The position numbers and the translations under genes were made by a program. Positions 57,420 through 64,000 of a stretch of 64,000 nt of DNA are shown here, one piece after another (positions within the stretch are counted from its first letter, which is position 1; every line of letters starts with the position of its first letter). The stretch spans positions 1-64,000 of the forward strand of contig OY729416.1 of assembly GCA_963422265.1 (NCBI GenBank), in the 5' to 3' direction. Under the pieces are notes generated by a model. The model ran no database searches. It had not been told where the DNA came from and worked only from the letters and a program-made list of their open reading frames with translations. Source of the stretch: Thermodesulfobacteriota bacterium. GTDB taxonomy: Bacteria; Desulfobacterota_D; UBA1144; Nemesobacterales; UBA2774.

Positions 57420-58998
57420 CAAGAAAGACCGATTAGGAATGGAGGCAGTCAGAGGGACGAGGCTTTACGATTCTACTGGTCAAGGTTATTCAGAGGGATG
57501 TGAGATAGGAGAGAAAGGCTTATGTTCGCGGGACGTCAATAAGCGCTTGGGCGATGAAAACGGCGACGAGAATGGCGGCGGCGTAGGCAGACTGAGATTT
57601 AATGACGTTGGCGAGAACGTGGATGAACATGACTTAATACGCTCCTACCTACATGAAATAGCCGAACATTCCCTTCTTACCAGGGAGCAGGAAATAAGAA
57701 TTGCAAGGGAAATAGAGGTGGGCAGGAAAATAGTTGCAAGGGGTGTGCTGGGTTCTTCCGTAATCCTAAAAGAGATTCTTGCCTTGAGTGAAGAGCTTCA
57801 CAAAGGGAGTCTTAACGTTGAGGATACGAGTGATTCTTCTAGGGAGACTGGGATGCCCACTTGCGCCGTGCAGGTGGAGGACGAAGAGGAACGTCTGAGA
57901 ATAAGGAACTGCGTAAACGCTATAAATGAGCTTCGTATGGACAACGATCAAGCCTGCTTGCAATTGATTAAGGCTTCGTGGAGAAAGAGGAAAATCCTTT
58001 CTGAAAGGATCAGAAACAATGATTCCGCGATGTTTATGTGCCTTAGGGCAATTAATTTAAACGCTAGGCAAATGGAGAGGGTTCTGTCAGCCGCTGGAAG
58101 CTATGTGAACGGAGTGCAAGTGGGTTTATATCACTTGCCGGAATACGAAAAGAAAGCAAGCGACTCTAGCCATAAAGAGAAAAGGGCGGCGCGGTTCACT
58201 GACTTAACTATGCGAAACCTCAAGAAATCGCTTAGAAAGATAGAAAAGGGCAAGCGATTATTTGATAGGGCGAGTAAGAAGCTAATAGAATCCAACCTCC
58301 GCCTGGTTGTTAGTATCGCGCGCAACTATCTTAACCGAGGTCTCCCTTTTCTCGACCTGATACAAGAGGGCAACATGGGTCTTATGAGGGCAGTCGAGAA
58401 ATTCGACTACAAGAGGGGTTATAAATTTTCTACTTATGCTACCTGGTGGATAAAACAGGGGATTACAAGACCTCTTGCAGATCGGGCGAGAATAATAAGA
58501 GTGCCAGCCCACATGAACGATATTCTTAACCGTATAGCGAAGGCGACAAGGCAACTAGTGCAGGAGTTGGGGCGTGAGCCGCTTCCCGAAGAGATAGCCG
58601 AGAAAACGCACATGCCGGTTGACAAGATCACTGACGCACTCAAAGTCTCAAAGGATCCGGTCTCACTAGACGCTCCGATTGGAGATAAGGATGATAGCAT
58701 CCTGATTGATTTGATAGAAGATTCAAGCACCGCTTCGCCTGCTGAAACTTTGGAGATGAAAGAGCTCAGACAAATAATAAGCAATGTCCTTTCTTCGACT
58801 CTTAACAACAGAGAGGAAAGCATTGTCCGGATGAGATTTGGTATTGATGACAAGAAGGAATACACCCTTGAGGAAGTCGGGCACCAGTTTAACGTAACTA
58901 GGGAAAGGATTAGACAGATTGAAATTAAAGCGATGAAAAAATTAAAGCGAGCTGGGAAGAAGACCTATCCGATTAAAATCTACGCGGAAGAGGCGTAG
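57397..58998 (+). CDS. rpoD: RpoD-family sigma-70 factor
   Basis: Region 1.2 (RSYLHEI, LLTREQE), [36 protein letters not shown] and TRERIRQIE; third gene of the rpsU-dnaG operon. Confidence 0.88.
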   Translation: MENLMGNSKKDRLGMEAVRGTRLYDSTGQGYSEGCEIGEKGLCSRDVNKRLGDENGDENGGGVGRLRFNDVGENVDEHDLIRSYLHEIAEHSLLTREQEIRIAREIEVGRKIVARGVLGSSVILKEILALSEELHKGSLNVEDTSDSSRETGMPTCAVQVEDEEERLRIRNCVNAINELRMDNDQACLQLIKASWRKRKILSERIRNNDSAMFMCLRAINLNARQMERVLSAAGSYVNGVQVGLYHLPEYEKKASDSSHKEKRAARFTDLTMRNLKKSLRKIEKGKRLFDRASKKLIESNLRLVVSIARNYLNRGLPFLDLIQEGNMGLMRAVEKFDYKRGYKFSTYATWWIKQGITRPLADRARIIRVPAHMNDILNRIAKATRQLVQELGREPLPEEIAEKTHMPVDKITDALKVSKDPVSLDAPIGDKDDSILIDLIEDSSTASPAETLEMKELRQIISNVLSSTLNNREESIVRMRFGIDDKKEYTLEEVGHQFNVTRERIRQIEIKAMKKLKRAGKKTYPIKIYAEEA

Positions 58999-59029
58999 GG
59001 AAGCGATGCCCAAATATTTATAGTGATTT

Positions 59030-59709
59030 GATATTCATTTGTAGGTCTTTTAAGGTTTCAAAAACCATTATTCCATGACTAGTCTTGTCGCTTTCAAAAA
59101 GTGAATATCCTGTTTTGCTATTCGTTTTCAAGACAATTTTCTTCTTATAATTGTTTCTTTGGCAGGCGTTATAAAGTTTCATTTTTGTTTCCCCTTAAAA
59201 ATCCATCTATTCCTTTGTTTCTTTGCACGGGAACGGCATTTAATTCGCTTAAAATTTCTAGGACGTCGTTGGATTGGTTTCTATATGAGTCTTTACTATT
59301 GGCAATTCGTTCTATGATATCCATCGGTTGTCGCGTCTCTCCATTTAATTTCGTTAATTTCGTACGCTTCGGGTTCTACTAAGCAATCTATCTCAAAAGT
59401 CTTCGGTTTGTTCCCTTGAACATTTGGAATCCGAATTTTTCTTTGAGCGTGCTCAAATTTGTCCTCAAAGCAGAGTATTGCCGCTTCTTCTAAAAAAGAA
59501 CCATCATATTTATAGAGAAAACATCCTTTGTTTTGGTAAAGACCTATTAGTTCACCCTCTTCGTTAGTTGTATCTAGCACTCTGTATATTAGGTAGTGAG
59601 ACCTGTCATCCTTTCTCATTTCTTTAGAATGAACGTCGATTCTTTGTTTTAAGTTTGATGCGTATTTCTCTGACAAGGTCTTCAATTTATCGTATATAGA
59701 AAGATTCAT
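59030..59709 (-). pseudogene. Decayed type II restriction-modification remnant (ApaLI-like endonuclease 5' part, possible methyltransferase tail)
   Basis: SHYLIYRVL, YQNKG.FLYKY.GSFLEEA, PKTFEIDCLV and EIKWRDATTDG, then abrupt end; downstream frame reads AVPVQRNKGIDGFL with stops; AT-rich. Confidence 0.65.
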
Positions 59710-59825
59710 ATTATTCTCTTGACTTAGTTCAATATTCTTCAGGGCAAAAAATGTTATGTTATTAAATCATATTTTTGATCGAAGGTCTTGACTAAGTTTT
59801 ATCTTCATGTAAGTTACATATCAGA

Positions 59826-59945
59826 ATCTGGGTGATTATGCTAAAGAGGAAACACCCGGTCCCATACCGAACCCGGAAGTTAAGCTCTTTGAGGCCGATG
59901 CTACTGCCCCCGTAGGGGGGTGGGAAAGTAGGAAGTTGCCCTGAT
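59826..59945 (+). rRNA. rrf: 5S rRNA (stand-alone)
   Basis: ACACCCGGTCCCATACCGAACCCGGAAGTTAAG and GGGAAAGTAGG conserved blocks; termini pair; about 120 nt. Confidence 0.95.
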
Positions 59946-60011
59946 TCTTTTTTCTCTCAACATGTAACTGCCTGCTGTAGATATTGCAGCCCCCTAGCGA
60001 TGAGGGCGTCC

Positions 60012-60647
60012 ATGGTGGATAACAATAGGGTGGATAACAATAGGGCGGACCAGAATAGAATAGCCGTATTCGCGTCAGGGAACGGCACAAACCTTCAGGC
60101 GATAATAGACGCTAAAATTTCTTCTCTCCATATAGCGCTTGTTTTTTGCAACAATTCCAGCGCCTATGCCATAGAAAGGGCTAAGAAGCATAAACTCCCT
60201 TTCATAGTTATTGATCATAAAGATTATAAAACTAGAGAGAGCTACGAAGAGGAAATAATAAAATCCCTTGAGCCCTTTAGAATAGATTACGTGGTTCTGG
60301 CAGGTTTTATGAGGGTGCTTTCTCCTTTATTCGTAAGGGCTTATAAGAATAGGATTATCAACGTGCATCCGGCACTTTTGCCGTCTTTCCCCGGTATGCA
60401 CGCGGTAAGGCAGGCTCTGGAATACGGCGTTAAATACACCGGCGTTACGGTTCATCTTGTTGACGAAGGTGTTGACACGGGTCCTATCATTTTACAATCG
60501 GTCGTTGAGGTAACGGATAGCGATACAGAGCTTACGCTTGCGGAGAAAATACACAAAGCGGAGCACAAAATATACCCGGAAGCCATCAAGCTTATTTGCG
60601 AGGAAAGAATTATAATTCAGGGTAGAAGGATCATCAAGAAATCTTAG
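60012..60647 (+). CDS. purN: Phosphoribosylglycinamide formyltransferase
   Basis: [30 protein letters not shown] and [13 protein letters not shown]; start uncertain because of a 15-nt tandem repeat. Confidence 0.96.
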   Translation: MVDNNRVDNNRADQNRIAVFASGNGTNLQAIIDAKISSLHIALVFCNNSSAYAIERAKKHKLPFIVIDHKDYKTRESYEEEIIKSLEPFRIDYVVLAGFMRVLSPLFVRAYKNRIINVHPALLPSFPGMHAVRQALEYGVKYTGVTVHLVDEGVDTGPIILQSVVEVTDSDTELTLAEKIHKAEHKIYPEAIKLICEERIIIQGRRIIKKS

Positions 60648-61663
60648 ATATCCCTGCCCACGGCTTTAGCCACTGGCGATGCCTTGTCCATTAATGCCTG
60701 AAACTTGCTAGGTTTGAGCGATTGTCCGCCATCGCTGATAGCTGCTTGGGGATTGTTGTGAACCTCTATCAACAAGCCGTCGGCGCCAGCCGCGATAGAT
60801 GCGAGAGCCATCGGCGTTACATACTGCCAGTAACCTGTGCCATGGCTGGGGTCGGCGATGACGGGGAGATGCGTTTTTTCTTTTAGAACGGGTATCGCGT
60901 TTAAGTCAAACGTATTTCTGGTAGCCGTTTCAAATGTTCTTATGCCTCTTTCACAGAGCATTACGTTATCGTTCCCCTCGGATAGGATATATTCGGCGCA
61001 CATTAGAAACTCTTTGATGCTAGTTGACATTCCCCGTTTTAGGAGGGTTGGCTTTCCCGTCCTGCCTACTTGTCTTAAGAGAGCGTAGTTTTGGGAGTTT
61101 CTTGCCCCGATTTGAAGAACGTCCGCGTAATCTACCACTGCGTCAAGGTCATGCGGGTCCAGTATTTCGGTTACGATGGGAAGTCCCGTAGCTTCTTTTG
61201 CCTTGGCGAGCAGCTTGAGTCCCTCAATCCCCATTCCTTGGAAGCTATAGGGAGAGGTCCTAGGCTTATACGCCCCACCCCTTAGCATTGACGCCCCTGA
61301 TCTTTTAATAGATAGAGCTATCTCCATTAGTTGCTCTTCAGTCTCAACGGAGCAGGGTCCCGCTATTACGGGGATTTTATTATTTCCTACTAATACGTCA
61401 TCAACCTTAAACTCGGTGTTTTCCGGTTTGAATTCTCTGCTCGCAATCTTGTGCGCTGGGAGTATGGGCACCACTTTCTCTACGCCCCCGAGTATGCTTA
61501 AAGCCTCAACGTCTTCTGGTTTTCCCCTTTCGTCTCCAACGGCGCCGATCACAGTTCTCAATACGCCTTCAATTGTGTGCGGTTGATAGCCGAGCTCTTT
61601 CATTACCTCTTTGGCTTTATCTATTTGTTCTAGAGACGCCCCATTTTTCATTACGATAATCAT
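60644..61663 (-). CDS. aroF: DAHP synthase (type I-beta with N-terminal regulatory domain)
   Basis: [43 protein letters not shown] and DPSHGTG. Confidence 0.95.
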   Translation of the reverse strand: MIIVMKNGASLEQIDKAKEVMKELGYQPHTIEGVLRTVIGAVGDERGKPEDVEALSILGGVEKVVPILPAHKIASREFKPENTEFKVDDVLVGNNKIPVIAGPCSVETEEQLMEIALSIKRSGASMLRGGAYKPRTSPYSFQGMGIEGLKLLAKAKEATGLPIVTEILDPHDLDAVVDYADVLQIGARNSQNYALLRQVGRTGKPTLLKRGMSTSIKEFLMCAEYILSEGNDNVMLCERGIRTFETATRNTFDLNAIPVLKEKTHLPVIADPSHGTGYWQYVTPMALASIAAGADGLLIEVHNNPQAAISDGGQSLKPSKFQALMDKASPVAKAVGRDI

Positions 61664-61769
61664 CTGTCAGATTCCTCTATATTTTCTATAAGGCTTAAAC
61701 AATTAACGATACATGAGAAGCCAACGTTGTCAACAACTTGTGGGTGCATATTAAGCTCCCGCCCCTTCC

Positions 61770-61885
61770 GTCATTGTAGGGTTAATCCTTGTAGTTACCC
61801 TGTCAAAACATAGTTATCCTCGCCTCCGCGTCTTAGGGCGACCCCCCTTCAACAGGTTCAGGACATCGCTAGGGTCGCCCCTACA
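61770..61885. repeat. GTAG...CTAC inverted REP doublet with inserted CCTTCAACAGGTTCAGGAC hairpin
   Basis: GTAGGGTTAATCCTTGTAGTTACCC ... GGGTCGCCCCTAC. Confidence 0.75.
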
Positions 61886-62054
61886 GACAAAGAGACTGCT
61901 GAACCAATATTACAATTTCTACTTGCACCCACAGTAATTGGGGTGACGCTTAGGAATCTCAACGTCATCGCCATCTTTACGGTTCTTGAACTTAGTTCTC
62001 ATCGTGATATATTTTCCACTCTAGAGTTCGGTGGATTAGATACCTAAATAAAAC

Positions 62055-62129
62055 GGCGGCGTAGCTCAGGGGTAGAGCGGGGCTCTCATAAGGCCTGTGT
62101 CGGTGGTTCGATCCCACCCGTCGCCACCA
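62055..62129 (+). tRNA. tRNA with CAT anticodon (probably elongator Met; Ile2 not excluded)
   Basis: GGCGGCGTAGCTCAGGGGTAGAGC...CTCATAA...GGTTCGATCCC...CGTCGCCACCA; G1-C72 pair argues against initiator. Confidence 0.92.
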
Positions 62130-62147
62130 GTTAAAGTTAGATTGCAT

Positions 62148-63374
62148 TCATCCGCAATGCCCACGAATTTGCCCTTCTTTGAGCAAACTAATCAGTTTCC
62201 ATCCATCGTGGATGTAAATCCCTGACTCGGCGGCGGATTTCTCGCTATACGTAAGGGAGTCGTTTTTTACGCTCTCGTCCAAAGAGCTGTAAATAGCGAA
62301 TGGGACGGGCTCATTAACGTGGGTTCGGACGTCTATCGGAGTAGGATGGTCTGAAGTAACGAGGATTTTATAATCCCCGAATCTCCCCATGCTCTCAAGG
62401 ACGTGCTTTACTACCCTACCGTCAAAATCCTCAATTGCCTGAATTTTAAGGTTGGCGTCTCCTACGTGCCCCGTTTCATCGGTTGATTCAATATGAATCA
62501 TCGTAATATCCACCTCATTTAGAGAGTCAAGCGCATACTCGACCTTGCCTTCATAGTTAGTATCCAGATAGCCCGTTGCTCCCGGAACGTCTATAACGCT
62601 TAGCCCCGCATAGCGACCTATTCCCTTAACGAGATCAACGGCGGATACCACTGACCCGCTCATTCCATACAACTCTTCAAACGATGGCATACTAGGCGCA
62701 ACGCCCTGACCCCACAACCATATGCTCGTAGCGGGACTCTTCCCTTCCTCCAATCTCCTCTTGTTCACGGGGTGCCCTTCAAGAATTTCTCTTGATTTCT
62801 CAATTAGCCCGTTTAGCCTTTGCGCCCCTTCTCCAGTGGGAAGGTATGGGTTTATCTCTTTTCCCGATATATCGTGGGGTGGGGTCGTCTTTATGCTTTT
62901 ATTACCCCCAGACCAGATTACAAGGTGCCTGTAGCTTACGCCAGGGTGGAATTTCAGGTCCTGCTCTTCAAGCTCTTTTTTTAAATCCAAAAGCAGCTCT
63001 CGCGCCTCCCCAGTTGTTATATGTCCCGCGCTGTAATCCTGCATTATCTCCTTGCCATCTTGGTAAGACAGGGTTACCAAATTGCACCTAAGAGCGACGT
63101 CGTCCCAATTCAAATCAACCCTCATGCTCGCCGCTTCGAGGGGAGACCTGCCAGTGTAATAGAGCATAGGGTCGTAGCCGAGTACCGCTAGGTTACCCAC
63201 GTCGCTACCCGGGGGCAGGGGTTCGGGAATCGTTTTAGCGGTGCCGAATCTTATAGCTGATCTGGCTATCCTATCCAAATTGGGCGTATTAGCAGCTTCA
63301 AGGGGCGTCTTGCCTCTTAGCTCGTCAAGTGGATGGTCTGGCATCCCGTCGCCTTGTAGTATTACGTATTTCAT
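62148..63374 (-). CDS. apgM: Cofactor-independent phosphoglycerate mutase (ApgM family)
   Basis: GDGMPD, KTPLEAA.TPNLD, PGSDVGNL, YTGRSPLEAA, DETGH and SDHPTP. Confidence 0.92.
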   Translation of the reverse strand: MKYVILQGDGMPDHPLDELRGKTPLEAANTPNLDRIARSAIRFGTAKTIPEPLPPGSDVGNLAVLGYDPMLYYTGRSPLEAASMRVDLNWDDVALRCNLVTLSYQDGKEIMQDYSAGHITTGEARELLLDLKKELEEQDLKFHPGVSYRHLVIWSGGNKSIKTTPPHDISGKEINPYLPTGEGAQRLNGLIEKSREILEGHPVNKRRLEEGKSPATSIWLWGQGVAPSMPSFEELYGMSGSVVSAVDLVKGIGRYAGLSVIDVPGATGYLDTNYEGKVEYALDSLNEVDITMIHIESTDETGHVGDANLKIQAIEDFDGRVVKHVLESMGRFGDYKILVTSDHPTPIDVRTHVNEPVPFAIYSSLDESVKNDSLTYSEKSAAESGIYIHDGWKLISLLKEGQIRGHCG

Positions 63375-63460
63375 AGCGTAAAGATGTTAAACGCCCTTCG
63401 GCAATAATCAAGCTCCGTCATGATAGAAACGCAGAGACTATGGAAGTCGCTAATTATTTA

Positions 63461-64000
63461 TTAATTCGTAACAACGAATATCGCCCTGTCTTCTTTTCTA
63501 ACGGTTACCTCAACGCCATACGCCACGCTCAGATTTTTTTCGTTGATGACTTGATCCGTCTCACCTTTGGCAAATACTCTACCGTCTTTGAGCATTATAA
63601 CTTCGTCAAAATAAAAGAGGTCCGAGAACACGTCGTGAGTGGCGGCTATGATAGCCATATTGCTCCGCTCTTTTAGCCTGCTAAGCGTTTTCATCACCTT
63701 ATCCCTGTACCTCAAGTCTAGGAAAGTAGCCGGCTCATCGAGAATCATCACGTCAGGCTCCTGCGCTAAGGCTCGTGCTAGAGAGACAAGCTGCCTTTCC
63801 CCTCCCGAAACTCCATTTATAGCCCTGTCCTTCAAATGAATTATGCCAACTGCTTCCATTACACTATTGGCTACCGCTATATCTTCCTCTCTCTCAAATT
63901 CAAACCTGCCTACGTAGGGCGCCCTACCCATGAGAACAACTTCTGAAACCGTAAAATGAAAGGCGAAAGCCGGATTCTGCGGTATATAGGCGACTCTTTT
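63461..64000 (-). CDS. ABC transporter ATP-binding subunit (Fe-siderophore/cobalamin type), 5'-truncated by window edge
   Basis: VSGGERQ signature, MILDEPATFLD Walker B and ATHD; frame continues to the window end. Confidence 0.9.
   Translation of the reverse strand, partial: KRVAYIPQNPAFAFHFTVSEVVLMGRAPYVGRFEFEREEDIAVANSVMEAVGIIHLKDRAINGVSGGERQLVSLARALAQEPDVMILDEPATFLDLRYRDKVMKTLSRLKERSNMAIIAATHDVFSDLFYFDEVIMLKDGRVFAKGETDQVINEKNLSVAYGVEVTVRKEDRAIFVVTN

Noticed and set aside
59836-60090. 84-aa minus-strand ORF
   Set aside because: Antisense to the 5S rRNA and the purN start

Overview
Bacterial chromosomal window with three parts. (1) At 1.8-20 kb, directly beside rnc, lies a siphovirus-type head-tail morphogenesis operon: sigma-region-4 regulator, portal, protease/scaffold, head decoration protein, major capsid, adaptor, holin-like protein, tail terminator, a -1 frameshifted tail-chaperone pair, a 1894-aa tape measure, distal tail and hub. 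I see no terminase, integrase, repressor, replication genes, endolysin, head-closure or tail-tube gene. Its intergenic gaps are filled with the host's own palindromic repeats while the ORFs remain open, which makes it a candidate domesticated, GTA-like virion module. (2) At 20-32.6 kb and 38-46 kb are accessory regions: a decayed mutS 5' fragment, an FN3/Ig autotransporter with a broken 5' end and a C15 tract, lipoproteins, a PIN-domain gene pair inside repeat blocks, and two tandem giant FN3 surface proteins with GlyGly/Cys-type C-terminal anchors. (3) Housekeeping genes: rnc, M24/M29/M3B peptidases, mgtE-like, pyrE, ntrB-like kinase, cysH, PiT, rseP-dxr-uppS, rpsU-dnaG-rpoD, purN, aroF, apgM, tRNA-Gln, a tRNA(CAT) and a stand-alone 5S rRNA. 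At least five short palindromic repeat families form mosaic and tandem arrays throughout the window. The gene style and FN3 expansion suggest a Desulfobacterota-related (possibly Ca. Dadabacteria-like) host-associated organism; this is inference only. All protein calls come from motif recognition and gene order, without database searches.
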